A stretch of 64,000 bases of DNA from Meyerozyma guilliermondii. Its lineage: Eukaryota. Of this stretch, positions 1 to 11,125 are shown piece after piece. How positions within the stretch are numbered: the stretch's first letter is position 1; every line of letters starts with the position of its first letter. The stretch spans positions 1,302,001 through 1,366,000 of the forward strand of contig CP128816.1 in assembly GCA_051546255.1 (NCBI GenBank). The letters run 5' to 3'. The translations under genes were made by a program, and so were the position numbers. The notes beneath the pieces are model-generated. The model was not told the origin of the DNA. It saw nothing but the letters and a program-made list of their open reading frames with translations, and ran no database searches.

Positions 1-1765
1 AAAATCAGAAGAATCAGCAAGAAGAAGAGCACTTCCATTAATTGAAAAATTGACATCTACCAGTGCCAATGATAGAGCCATGGCTCTCGCTGCTATTACC
101 GTGCTTTGTGAAGACGAGAACACTCGAAAGGTTCTTTTAAAGGAAAGAATCATAACCATTATTATGGAGCAATGCCTTACAGATTCAGATGATGAGATCG
201 TAGTGGAAGCTTTTGGGGTGTTGCGCAATATAGCAGTGGAGGAAGGTTACGATGTTATTCAACATATATGGAGACAAAATATCTGGACAGCTATCGAGGG
301 AGCACTTGTCAAGATCCAAAAGTCATTTGAATACTTGGGTTCGGGGAAAACATCAACCATTGGAAATAAAAAAGCTGATGAGAAAGCCCGTCTACAATTA
401 CTATACGATTATACTGAGAATGTTATAATGCTTGTGGTGGTGATTGCCAGTGGTTCTTCAAAACTATTCGAGTCTGTGTTTGCCAAGATCGATCCAATTT
501 TGTCGTTGGTAATTAGCATAATCAACTGGAATACCCCAGTGGTGCAAACCTCACTCAAATTGCACCATGCATTGCTTGATTTTGTGTATGAATTTGCTTC
601 CGAATCACAGGAGTTTATTGGAAAACTTGCCAATTTTGACTTGGAAATTCAAAATGAAAAGAGTCTGATATTGACTCAGATATATGCAAATGCCATCAAG
701 TTTCATATTATTGAGGATGGGATATCCATCCAAGACATTGACAATATTCTCAACCGCATGTTCAGCACACTAGTTACCATCAATTTGGATGAGGTCAAGC
801 TGAACCTAACCGTGACCGACAATGCACAGCATCCTATCCAGAAAAAACCAGAAACAATGCAAGATATTGACCAGCCTTTGGGTGGTGAGCTGGTAGAAAC
901 ATGGCAAGCAAAATGTAACGTTCAAGCCATGGAAATAGCCATTGACGTCACCACGTCAATTTGGGAACTCCTAGCTACCGGACCCTTCAATGCCTCGGAT
1001 ATAATGCCCACTGTGTTTCAGGTGGTTTATCCTAGTTTAATGGAGCTTCTCAAATTTGAATCGTCGAGTAATTTGGGATTTGCTGAGCGGTTATTGCAAT
1101 GTCTCAATAATTTGTGCTGGCTAATGCTAATGGTGGATCCTATTCCTACTCTGTGGCACCAATGTTGTTTACAAATGTGGGACGCGTGTTCTATTTTCGG
1201 CACCACCAATGACATTGCCATCAAAACGCATTGTCTAAATGCATGTTGGGCTATCTGCAAAGCAATTGGCCCTGAAATAACATCGAAAATAAATCCTGCA
1301 GCGATTAACGGTACAGTGGAAACAAGCAGAAGCGCATTATACCAGTTACAGGCTGGAACAGGAGACCCAGACCTCCTTACTGAGTGGTTGGTTACTGCGG
1401 CTGGATTTCTTGCCTCGGCCGTGGTACCAGCAGCACATGATTCAGACTATGTTCCCGCGGTGAAGGAGGTTGGTTCGTTATTGGTGGACTGCATTCTGTG
1501 GCTGGTAAACGGTGGTAGTGGTGGTGTCATGGTGGAATGTCTTAATTCGTTGTATGATATTTTTGGCGACGCCGATTATGTTTACGATGAACCCGTGTTT
1601 GTGCAAGAGCAATATTTACTTGTTCTACAGGAGTTGGAGCCGAAAGTGAAAGATGCGTCCAAACGCATCGACAAACATCTTCATGCGGAGACAAGGGCTA
1701 GGGCTGAAGAGGCTTGCAATAATTTGACGCGATTTTTGCAATACAAAGTTTCCGAAAAACAATAA
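1..1765 (+). CDS. SYO1: Synchronized import protein 1 (ARM/HEAT import adaptor for Rpl5/Rpl11), 5' end truncated by window
   Basis: Frame is open from base 2 (KSEESARRRALPLIEKLTSTSANDRAMALAAITVLCED). Motifs EAFGVLRNIAVEEGYD and LNSLYDIFGDADYVYDEPVF...NLTRFLQYK are typical of Syo1. Confidence 0.8.
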   Translation, partial: KSEESARRRALPLIEKLTSTSANDRAMALAAITVLCEDENTRKVLLKERIITIIMEQCLTDSDDEIVVEAFGVLRNIAVEEGYDVIQHIWRQNIWTAIEGALVKIQKSFEYLGSGKTSTIGNKKADEKARLQLLYDYTENVIMLVVVIASGSSKLFESVFAKIDPILSLVISIINWNTPVVQTSLKLHHALLDFVYEFASESQEFIGKLANFDLEIQNEKSLILTQIYANAIKFHIIEDGISIQDIDNILNRMFSTLVTINLDEVKLNLTVTDNAQHPIQKKPETMQDIDQPLGGELVETWQAKCNVQAMEIAIDVTTSIWELLATGPFNASDIMPTVFQVVYPSLMELLKFESSSNLGFAERLLQCLNNLCWLMLMVDPIPTLWHQCCLQMWDACSIFGTTNDIAIKTHCLNACWAICKAIGPEITSKINPAAINGTVETSRSALYQLQAGTGDPDLLTEWLVTAAGFLASAVVPAAHDSDYVPAVKEVGSLLVDCILWLVNGGSGGVMVECLNSLYDIFGDADYVYDEPVFVQEQYLLVLQELEPKVKDASKRIDKHLHAETRARAEEACNNLTRFLQYKVSEKQ

Positions 1766-2297
1766 TTGTGCGGCTTGACCTCGTGCGGGTGGGCGAAACA
1801 GCCGGGTCGCATTAACGACGTGCATGGAACGCATTTCTTGGTGTAATTACAGGATATGACTTGGTATGAGTTTTGGTGGTATTTTAATCTGAAAAGTCGC
1901 TACAGGTGAGTTGTGGCTTCCATTTACTTAGGTGGTGATATAGAAAATAATGGAAAATGGTAACCGTTCGAATTTGGTTGGTGTGCACGGCGGCTACTTG
2001 CAATTGGGATTCGATGCATCGTGACGCATGGGGAAAGTGTGCCGCAAAAAAAATATGCCGTATACAGGCAACCAGGGTCCAGCAGTTTCACATCTTCTAT
2101 TTTTAGATTTCACACCACGGTGCAGAATGTACGATGGGTTATTGGCTGCTAGAACAAGGAAATGTTGGTAATTTTTTAGCCCTCAATGCGCGGCGTACCG
2201 GCTTAGTATCGCGTTCTCACATGATTATTCACCATATAAATACGCACTCGCACCTCTTTTCTCATTACAAATTTATTTGCACACTAATTCACTCGCT

Positions 2298-2864
2298 ATG
2301 AAATACTCCACCACTGCTTTTGCCCTTACCGCTCTCGTTGCTACCGTATCTGCTGACTCGGCTCCTGTTGCCCCAACCGTCAACGGTAAGCCATTCTTTG
2401 CTGGTCCTGACTTTGTTGGTTCCGACTCCACCACCCAGCCAATTCCTACTACCGTCAACGGTAGACCATTTTTCGCTGGACCTGACTTTGTTGGTTCTGA
2501 CTCTGTCAACTACAATGCTACCACCCACACTGGTATTACCGTTACTGGATACACCACCTACTGTCCAGCGGCTACTACTGTGACCATTACCACCTGTAAG
2601 GAACACAAGTGTGCCCCAACTCACATTACCGTTGCTGGTCCAACCACCATTACCGTTACTGAAGAATGTGTGGTGCCATCTACTGCTCCTCCAAAGACTG
2701 TTGCTCCAGCTACTACTGCTCCTCCTGCCAAGAGTAGTCCTACCACTGTTGCTGCTCAATCTTCCAAGCCACCAAAGGTCTCCACCTTGACTGGTGGAGC
2801 TCCTCAAAATGCTGTTGCTGGAGGTTTGATTGCCGCCGTTGCTGCTGCCGTTGCCATGGTTTAA
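2298..2864 (+). CDS. GPI-anchored cell wall protein (Pga59/Pga62/Ccw12-like TTYCP domain) with two N-terminal ~23-aa PFFAGPDFVGS repeats
   Basis: ATG 2298 downstream of TATAAA (~2235), signal peptide, YTTYCP..TVTITTC..HKC...TEECVVP, S/T-rich stalk, hydrophobic GPI tail (GGAPQNAVAGGLIAAVAAAVAMV). Confidence 0.85.
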   Translation: MKYSTTAFALTALVATVSADSAPVAPTVNGKPFFAGPDFVGSDSTTQPIPTTVNGRPFFAGPDFVGSDSVNYNATTHTGITVTGYTTYCPAATTVTITTCKEHKCAPTHITVAGPTTITVTEECVVPSTAPPKTVAPATTAPPAKSSPTTVAAQSSKPPKVSTLTGGAPQNAVAGGLIAAVAAAVAMV

Positions 2865-3233
2865 ACCAGAATTGTATACTTATACATCTGTTTAAGGTTG
2901 TGTTTTCTTTCTTTTTAGCTGTTACTTCGTCCTAATACTTCAAAAAGGTTTACTGTAGACAAGACGCTGACTCATTCGCACAACTAACTCTCCTCACAAC
3001 TAGCTTATCTTCAATCAACTAAGTTTCCCACTTCTGCTTCCTTTATTTCCATTCTCTTTTTCATTTTCTCTTTCCTTTTCTCTTCCCACCTCCTTCCCAA
3101 TGGGGAACTGAAACAGAAGGATATTTATAGATTAGAGTTGGCCGAACGGGCTGCCGAACGGGCTCTTCTCGGTTGCCCGCTCGGCTATATAAACAGCAGT
3201 ATGCTCGGCATCTATGATTCCATTCCACTCGCT

Positions 3234-3783
3234 ATGAAATATTCCACCATCGCCTTTACTGCTCTCTTTGCTTCCGTCTTTGCTGACGAGCTGGCTCCCG
3301 TTGCACCCACTGTTAATGGTGCACCTTTTTTCGCAGGACCCAGTTTTGTGCCCTCCGAGACCACCACCCAGCCAATTCCTTCTACCGTTAATGGTGCACC
3401 ATTCTTTGCTGGACCTGACTTTGTTGGCTCCGAAACCACCACTAAACCAATTCCTCCAACTATCAACAGTATTCCATTTTTTGCCGGTCCAAGCTTTGTC
3501 GGTTCCGACTCGGTTAATTACTGGTATCACCGTTACTGGATACACCACTTATTGTCCAGAAGCCACTACTGTGACCATTACCACTTGTAGTGAACACAAG
3601 TGTGCTCCTACCGAAATCACCGTAACTGGTCCAAGTACCGTTACCGTATCTGAAGAATGTGTGGTTCCTTCTACCGTTGCGGCTGAGTCCACCCAACCAG
3701 CTGTGAGCACCTTAGTTGGCGCGGCTCCAAGAAATGTTGCCGGAGGTTTGTTAGCAGCCGTTGCCGTTGCCGTTGTACTTTAG
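3234..3783 (+). pseudogene. Frameshifted paralog of the 2298..2864 GPI cell wall gene (three PFFAGP repeats)
   Basis: N-terminal half (ATG 3234) and C-terminal TTYCP/GPI half lie in different frames. Alignment to the upstream paralog shows 17 nt (AATGCTACCACCCACAC) missing at ~3521/3522. Confidence 0.75.
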
Positions 3784-4357
3784 ATTAGATAATTGATTTC
3801 TTTCTTACTTGTCTATCTTTCTACTGGTTTGTCTTTCTGCTTTATTGTCCCTTCTGTCTTTCTGTCTTTTTTCTTCTTTATTCGCCGGTACCTGGCGTAT
3901 ATGCGGTACCTTACCGTATATGCGGATGACGTAGTACCTGAGCCGTAGTGCCGTGCGGTATTAACATTGGTTTCCACACGTGGTTGCATTCTGTCAATTT
4001 AGGCTCTGTGGGGTAGTACCCCTGCATACTGACGTCATGGCCATCGACATCGGGTGAGGAGATACGGCTGCAAAGAGGGTAATCTACTACCATAAAGTTG
4101 GCGCCAAGAACCACACATGAATACTATATTGCAAAGTGCTGTAAAGTGTTGCAAACGGCTCTTCCTTTTGGTTTTTTTTAGTCTTTTTAGTCTTCTCTTC
4201 CGTGCATTGACATCGAACGATCTGCTCGCCGCACGATATAAATAGATCTGCTTGTCACATTTGTTTGTCATTATGCGGCACTAAAATTAACTACTGAACT
4301 CACTATAAAACGGCCCTCCTGCTGCATTTTTCAGTATCCACTTTCAATCGCTTCGCT

Positions 4358-5206
4358 ATGAAATTTACTCTCGCTATCTTGTCAACCCTCGCTACCGTTC
4401 TCGCTGCTGACTACGACCTTCACCTCTCGTCGGACAATTCCGACTTGAACAACCAAGGTTTAGGAGGCATGCACGAGGGTGCTGGTATCAATTACATTGC
4501 CGTTCGTGGAAGTCCTCTTCGTGTTTCTTGGGACAGGTACAACAGAACTTTTACTAGTCACAACCAAGGCGATTTGACAACTACCTTGTCTGTCAACGAA
4601 GGTAACTTTTTGCAAGACAGTGTCACGGAACCAGGAGCATTTGATCTTATCAACTATAACGTTATCTATGATGGATCAGACACCTTCTACGCTTGTAAGA
4701 ACGTCAATGACCCATACAACTATTCCAAGGAAACTTATCTCATCTTGAGCTCCAACAGTGTTGGAGACTGTGAGGCAGTCAAGATTGTTGCCGAGGCTGT
4801 TGAATCGTCTTCGTCTTCTGCTCCTTCGTCTGCTCCTTCGGCTTCAGCTTCATCAGCTCCTTCGTCCTTTTCTTCAGGTCCTTGGTCGAACACAACCACC
4901 ACCGACATCACTGTTACAGACTACACCACATACTGTCCTAACCCGACCACCATTACCATTACCACTTGTACCCAGGACAGATGTGCTCCTCATCCTATCA
5001 CCATTACTGAGCCAACTACTGTAACTGTTACTGGTGAGTGTGTGGTCCCATCGACCCAAGCACCACCACCTCAGGAAACCACTCCATCCACCACTGTTGC
5101 TGGTGAATCTTCTGTTCCTAGTGTTACTTCAGCTGAGAACGGTGTGGGCAAAAACATTGCCAACTATGGTGCTGCTGCCGTTGCCATTGCTGCCGTGTTG
5201 ATCTAA
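4358..5206 (+). CDS. GPI-anchored cell wall protein: Pga29/30/31 (Rhd3)-like N-domain plus TTYCP domain
   Basis: Signal peptide, HEGAGINY and FYACKNVNDPYNYSK motifs (Pga29/30/31 family), then TDYTTYCP..TITITTC...ECVVP and GPI tail ENGVGKNIANYGAAAVAIAAVLI. Confidence 0.85.
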   Translation: MKFTLAILSTLATVLAADYDLHLSSDNSDLNNQGLGGMHEGAGINYIAVRGSPLRVSWDRYNRTFTSHNQGDLTTTLSVNEGNFLQDSVTEPGAFDLINYNVIYDGSDTFYACKNVNDPYNYSKETYLILSSNSVGDCEAVKIVAEAVESSSSSAPSSAPSASASSAPSSFSSGPWSNTTTTDITVTDYTTYCPNPTTITITTCTQDRCAPHPITITEPTTVTVTGECVVPSTQAPPPQETTPSTTVAGESSVPSVTSAENGVGKNIANYGAAAVAIAAVLI

Positions 5207-5506
5207 ACATTTTTTCTTTTCGCACCCATTTTTTCGTTATATGTATTGAATGAACAGTATGAGTTCTAAATAGTAAAGCGTAATGAAATCATTGAGAGGT
5301 TTTTACCAATTTAAAATGTGTTGAATCTCCATAGTTTGTTGGTGACTCAAGCTGTATGTATCATAAATTGAGGAATGAGGTGATGGTGATCTTTAACTGT
5401 ATTGAGCCCTAGCTCCGTTAAAGTCCTTCTCGTAAGTTTTGTTGAGTGGGTTCACTCATCGTCCTTGTTCTTTGTTCATATTGTCATAATTTTCACTCTC
5501 TCCATA

Positions 5507-7795
5507 TTAGTCCACGTCAAATGGCGTAGACACCTCATCCTCACTCTCACTGTCACTATCCATTTCGCCCTCAGTATTGTGCTCGCTCTCGTACCGGTAC
5601 ACATCCTTCTCCGGCACTCCAACAACTCCCCATTTTATACTAGTGACTTCCTCCAACCGCAGCAAAATCTCGTTCATAGGTGTAAAAAGTCCAAATTGCT
5701 TATACTCTCCGTCATAAGAATGTAACATGCCAACAACCCCAAGTCCCTTGTTCTCGGAGACTGTTTCACAATCTTCAAGCTTCGTCAAAATCCACGCACC
5801 ACTGTCACCGCCAGCGGCAAAAGCAGTATTGTTCTCGGTGGAGTTTATGACAAATTCAGAAGAATGAATGGCCCCATCTAACCAGTAGACTAGCTTAATT
5901 CCATTGAGAGTTCCTTTTGTAAACTTGGTAGTAGATCCATATTTGAACACTTGAAGGCCATCCGTCGAAGCCTCAGACACAGAATCAACCTCATCAATAT
6001 TCAAGTTCATTGGCTTGGCCGCACGTTGAAGATTCACCACGGCTCTTACGTACATGTTATCAAACATCAAAGCTGGATCAAACTCATTGAACGCTATATC
6101 ATCGCCGAGATAGTTTTGTTCACAGTTGAGATGCTTATTCACTTTGATAATGGCAAGATCAGAAAGTCTCTTTTGGCTACTTTCCTTCACCTTGATCAAG
6201 TTTCTCTCACCCCATATGATCTGACCGAATCTATGCACTGGCAAATTGCGATACTCGTATTCTGGTTGTTTCTGCTTGGGATTGGTGACAAAGCTTTTTA
6301 CCCTTTTGGGAGGAAAAATTACATCCAATTGCTTGAGCACAGCACCATATGCCACTTTTGCCTCAGCCATACTGGAGTCGTTGGTCGCCAGCGATGCCTT
6401 GACATATTGTCCATACAATGCTTGCTTGTACAACGAAATGAGAACCGAAGAAGGTGATGAAACATAGGGATAATCCATATTGTTTTCAAAGTTATTCAAG
6501 CAAACATGCCCACATGAAAGAGCAAATTTGGCTCTAGTATAAGACTCCAAATGTGGCTGCTTCTTCACATCAATAATCGGGTATATAAATCCACCCATAG
6601 TTCCTGAAGTGCGAGGGGAATTCTCCACTGAAAGTGAGAGCGACATTGGTTGGATGTTTTTTTCGTTAGGTACGCGGAATGGTAACTTGAATTTTTGCAA
6701 TACCTGAGGGTTGAGAGGAGGAGAGCTTGGTCCTGCTGGTATGGGAGCGGCACGATGCAGACTCACCGACGCCACATCTATACGATTTTTCACTACCATC
6801 ACATGGATATCATCGTATAAATCCCTAATACTTTGAGTGAGTTTAAAATGATGATCTGTGGGACTTGGGTAACCAAAGTACAAGCAAAGAATACTGAACT
6901 CTTTGGAAAGCCCTCGCGTGATAGGAGCAATGAAGGAGCCGTTCTGCTCTTTGAGCAGCATTGCTGAGTTGGCAATACGATCAATAATGTTAGAAAGTAC
7001 CAGAGCATTTGGTAACGTTTGACCTTCATAAGCATCCACGGAAAAGTTCTGTGGTTTAAGTAAAGTTGTCAGGTCAGAGCCGGATCCAGATTTGAGGACG
7101 GCAGCAAATTCATTGATGCGTTTCGTGAGCAAAAGTCGCAATTTGATATAGACATCGTCATTGAGCAAGTTGTCATAAAAGTCAAGAAACACTCGAAGAA
7201 TTTTGCGAACATCATCATTATTGAACGTGTTGTAATTGTAGTAGCCATGACCCGCCAGACGATACTCGTTGGCAAACACCAAGAACGATTTGAACCGATC
7301 GATACAATTCATGACTGCGGCCGTAAGTGTAACCTGAGAATTTGAATATTGATTGGCAGCATAAACGATGTCATGAGCCAAGTCGGTCAACCTTTCCTCG
7401 AACGAAACCACATTTTTCGCGGTGTTATCTTCCCCGATAAAGGATATCTGCAACGGCTGACCATATTCAACGCTATAAGATCCCTTCAGTTGCAGTGATT
7501 GCACAGATGACTGCTTTGTTGAAAAACTCGCTTTGCTTCTAGAAAACACAGACTTCGATCTGGCCTCGGATTCGATCGAGGGAACCAGCTTGGTGTTGGA
7601 TATGGACGGATTTAGGTCCAAGGTGGTATCATGGTTGGATTCAAAAAAAACTGGAAGCTCGCGGATGGAATCGAGAGATTCGCCAGCTTCACTCGTTGCC
7701 GACTTTATTGTGCTAAGAGAAGTCCTCTCTACTTCCGGAGACTCCCTCAGGTCACGCAGGTCGCCGCTTCCACGGCGGGAAAGAAAACGCTTCAT
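5507..7795 (-). CDS. SSY5: SPS-sensor serine protease (peptidase S64)
   Basis: Catalytic triad motifs LSCGHV, LSDLAIIK, FAAGGDSGAWIL, plus VFKYGSTTKFTKG and GMLHSYDGE. First ATG at 7795 (MKRFLSRR); 7828 is GTG. Confidence 0.92.
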   Translation of the reverse strand: MKRFLSRRGSGDLRDLRESPEVERTSLSTIKSATSEAGESLDSIRELPVFFESNHDTTLDLNPSISNTKLVPSIESEARSKSVFSRSKASFSTKQSSVQSLQLKGSYSVEYGQPLQISFIGEDNTAKNVVSFEERLTDLAHDIVYAANQYSNSQVTLTAAVMNCIDRFKSFLVFANEYRLAGHGYYNYNTFNNDDVRKILRVFLDFYDNLLNDDVYIKLRLLLTKRINEFAAVLKSGSGSDLTTLLKPQNFSVDAYEGQTLPNALVLSNIIDRIANSAMLLKEQNGSFIAPITRGLSKEFSILCLYFGYPSPTDHHFKLTQSIRDLYDDIHVMVVKNRIDVASVSLHRAAPIPAGPSSPPLNPQVLQKFKLPFRVPNEKNIQPMSLSLSVENSPRTSGTMGGFIYPIIDVKKQPHLESYTRAKFALSCGHVCLNNFENNMDYPYVSSPSSVLISLYKQALYGQYVKASLATNDSSMAEAKVAYGAVLKQLDVIFPPKRVKSFVTNPKQKQPEYEYRNLPVHRFGQIIWGERNLIKVKESSQKRLSDLAIIKVNKHLNCEQNYLGDDIAFNEFDPALMFDNMYVRAVVNLQRAAKPMNLNIDEVDSVSEASTDGLQVFKYGSTTKFTKGTLNGIKLVYWLDGAIHSSEFVINSTENNTAFAAGGDSGAWILTKLEDCETVSENKGLGVVGMLHSYDGEYKQFGLFTPMNEILLRLEEVTSIKWGVVGVPEKDVYRYESEHNTEGEMDSDSESEDEVSTPFDVD

Positions 7796-8251
7796 ATTGA
7801 GAGAAAGCGACAGTGAAGACTCACGCACAATTTTGTCATTTTGATGAGAGGCTTACTCCGCACAAAGCTGGTGTTTGGGTGCAGTTGTCATCGGCACGCT
7901 ACCATTAGCAAAGTAGGGTCATAAACTCGATGATGTACCGCCAAGTTTCAATTGGTACAATTGAAGTCTCAAACGGTCCTTGCCCGTTTTTCGTGACCGG
8001 GAATGTACGTTAACACTTCCGAATAATCCTCCATGATTGCCCCACACTGTGCTTACCTGCAGGCTGGACCCCGATATTCTTTTCACACCACAAAAGTGAA
8101 CGACGCTTGTTGGCATTATTGATTTTGACGGCAAAGCTACCAAAATCATTTTGGCGACTTTTCGCAGGATCTTTAAGCTACATAAGCAGTAGCCACTAAC
8201 AAGTTTAAGGCTCTTTTCAATCAGAAATAACCACAAACTAAATCCGAAGTC

Positions 8252-9619
8252 ATGCCGGTGTATTCGATTTCACACGTTGAAAATGTCCGTATTTGTGTGG
8301 TGATGGTGGGCCTTCCGGCCAGAGGCAAATCATTGATAGCCCAGAAAATTGTCAGGTACCTTTCTTGGCTATCGATCAAAGCCAAATGTTTCAATGTTGG
8401 TTCTTATCGCCGGAATCTTGCTGGTGACCGACCTGTAGATGCTTCATTTTTTGACCCTAAGAACAAGGATGGCCTTGAGGTGCGCCAGGAAGCGGTCAAT
8501 AGTGCTATTCGAGACATGATGTCTTGGTTTATGGACGAAAATGGAGTGGTTGGAATTTTTGATGCGACCAATTCAACACGGCAAAGAAGAGAACAAATCT
8601 TGCGATTGTGTCGAGAGAACGGCATAGAGCCCATGTTCTTGGAAAGCTGGTGTGACGACCAGGAACTTATTCTTCAAAACATAGCCGATGTGAAAACTAC
8701 GTCGCCAGATTATACCAACCGCAATTCCGAGCTTGCTACCGACGATTTTTTGAAACGAATTGCATTCTACGAACAAGGTTACGAGACCATGGATAAAGAC
8801 GTGGACAACTCGTTGACATTTATCAAGCTTGTCAACGTCAACTCACAGATAATCTTAAACCGTATAGAGAGCTACTTGGAAAGTAGAATTGTCTATTACG
8901 TGATGAATCTTCATATCAAACCAAGAAGTATCTGGCTCTCAAGGCACGGAGAGTCGCAGTATAACCTCACGGGCCAGATTGGAGGCGATGCAGACCTTTC
9001 GGAACGGGGAATGAGGTATGCGAAACGGCTTCCTGAACTCGTACTCAAATCATTGGGAGAAGAAAATAAGCACACCAATCTTACGGTTTGGACTTCAACT
9101 ATGAAACGAACCCAGCAAACCGCCTCGTTTTTACCATATAAGAAGAAGCTTCAGTGGAAAGCTTTGGATGAGTTGGATGCTGGTGAATGTGATGGGATGA
9201 CATATGAAGAAATTGAACAAAAATTTCCCGAAGACTTCAAAGCTCGTGATGATAACAAGTACGAGTATCGATACCGTGGAGGAGAATCGTATCGTGACAT
9301 TGTCATAAGGCTTGAACCTATTATCATGGAGTTGGAGAGACAAGAAAATATCTTAATTATAACCCATCAAGCCGTGTTGCGATGCTTGTATGCGTATTTC
9401 ATGAATGTTCCCCAAGAAGAATCGCCTTGGATGTCGATACCATTGCACACACTCATCAAGTTGGAACCAAGAGCCTACCTGACGTTAGTGACGAGTATAA
9501 AAGCCGATATTCCTGCCGTTAGTACCTATAAGGAAAAGGGCACATCGCAGCTTGGAGAAACCGAAACCATGACCAGTAAGAGCCGTGATATCATTCGCAA
9601 CTCCAAGGACCTGGCTTAG
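8252..9619 (+). CDS. FBP26: Fructose-2,6-bisphosphatase / 6-phosphofructo-2-kinase family
   Basis: MVGLPARGKS P-loop domain and IWLSRHGES histidine-phosphatase motif, YRYRGGESYRD. Confidence 0.92.
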   Translation: MPVYSISHVENVRICVVMVGLPARGKSLIAQKIVRYLSWLSIKAKCFNVGSYRRNLAGDRPVDASFFDPKNKDGLEVRQEAVNSAIRDMMSWFMDENGVVGIFDATNSTRQRREQILRLCRENGIEPMFLESWCDDQELILQNIADVKTTSPDYTNRNSELATDDFLKRIAFYEQGYETMDKDVDNSLTFIKLVNVNSQIILNRIESYLESRIVYYVMNLHIKPRSIWLSRHGESQYNLTGQIGGDADLSERGMRYAKRLPELVLKSLGEENKHTNLTVWTSTMKRTQQTASFLPYKKKLQWKALDELDAGECDGMTYEEIEQKFPEDFKARDDNKYEYRYRGGESYRDIVIRLEPIIMELERQENILIITHQAVLRCLYAYFMNVPQEESPWMSIPLHTLIKLEPRAYLTLVTSIKADIPAVSTYKEKGTSQLGETETMTSKSRDIIRNSKDLA

Positions 9620-9721
9620 ATTGACACCGCAAATCAAGGTTGTCTTCCTAGGTTGCTTCCTAGGTTGCTTCCTAGATTGTCTTGATCGTATACCTTTATT
9701 ATTATTATCTATTCTACAAGA

Positions 9722-10195
9722 TTACCCAGTGGCATATCTCTTTGCCTGCTCGCGCACCTTCTTCTCGTAAGTCACTCTATCCTTACTGTATGCCTTCCAC
9801 GCTGGCTCCTGAGCCGGGGAGTCGGGATTGGGAGAGTCCAAGAGTTCTTGAACTCCCATGACTATTTGCTTGAGAGTGATGGCAGGTCGCCAATCTTGCT
9901 CCTCGTTCAAGATCGAAAGACATACGGTTCCACTGGGATAAACGTTAGGATGATAGAAACCACTTGGAAATTTCACCTTGGGAGGTTTGGAAGGATATTC
10001 TTCGGGAAATGTGATGGTTATGGGAAAACTGGCATCAGCCCAAAGAGTTCCAGGTCGTCCAGGTATGCCAGCAGTCCACTGAGTTAAGTCAAGAGACCCA
10101 TCTGGGGCCTTATTAGGCTTTGCGTAGAATCCAAACGGATGGTCTTTTCTCCACTGCTTTCTCTCCTCCTGCAACCTAGTCTTACAAAGCGACAT
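9722..10195 (-). CDS. UBC9: SUMO-conjugating enzyme E2
   Basis: [17 protein letters not shown] and [15 protein letters not shown]. Confidence 0.97.
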   Translation of the reverse strand: MSLCKTRLQEERKQWRKDHPFGFYAKPNKAPDGSLDLTQWTAGIPGRPGTLWADASFPITITFPEEYPSKPPKVKFPSGFYHPNVYPSGTVCLSILNEEQDWRPAITLKQIVMGVQELLDSPNPDSPAQEPAWKAYSKDRVTYEKKVREQAKRYATG

Positions 10196-11125
10196 TGTCG
10201 ATGCTACGATAAAGCTCGTTTTTCTTTTCGCGCGGAATATTCTACAAATTCACTTTCAGGATTAAGCAAATAATATTTGATGCAGTCTCCAGCATAAAAC
10301 TGGCTTACTGAAATGAGTGGAGATGAGAAGCTATTTGAGGATAGTTGAGACTGTGAAACTGGATGAAACTGGATGAAACTATCTGACCTTTCATCTTGAT
10401 TTCTGATGTCTCAGCAGGGTGTTATCATCGAGAATTGAAGCGATACAATTACAAATCGCAGCACTGCTCTGAGCCCTTTCATACGTGATAGTTGGCAACA
10501 AAAGGTTAAACACAGCTTCATGATATGGTTATCAATTCGGTAAAATTCATACCATAATTCTGATGGCTTATCTATATTCAAAGTGGAAACCTTGGTGCAA
10601 GTTTGCATGATTAGTGGAAATAGATTTAGACTTCAAAACGGGAGTTACTTTTGTTGTTATGGTCATCACAATCAAGGAATTTCAGGAAAGATAAAGATAA
10701 CAATTTTGCTGTATGACAATCATTATGTGGAAACTTGGCTGACTTGCAATGGCAGTTTACGTCAAACAGTAAAACGAAACAAGATTTTCCGTTATTCTAA
10801 TCTACTTTCAACAGTTAGAAGCATTAGGATATGTTAAGTCTTACTTCCCGAAGGCAGTTTATGAACTACAATTGCAGATATCTAAACACTTTAGAAGTGT
10901 GAAAGTTTTTTGCCATTTTGCAGTGGCTTATCAGTTTGTTACAATTGACCTAAAAGACTTCCAAACACTTATCGTAGACCATGCTCTATATCTGAACTAC
11001 TCTCTATGGCATCGCACCGTATGGCCCTCGGGCTGCAATTTGCGAGGTGGGGAAGCCCTGCATACACACTTTCTCCACATGATCGTCCTTCCATAAGAAA
11101 ATCCAAAGTGATTGTGGAAAATAAA

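Noticed and set aside
9640..9685. Short tandem repeats in intergenic gaps (CTTCCTAGGTTG here; similar ones at ~31935-31985 and ~35525-35560)
   Set aside because: Two to three copies of 12-15 bp, consistent with slippage. No functional signal.
10200..11120. ~930-bp UBC9-PEX19 intergenic region with short ORFs, a GAAACTGGAT repeat and a weak box C/D-like segment
   Set aside because: No recognisable protein, no complete snoRNA box set with an rRNA guide, and no LTR ends. Left unassigned.
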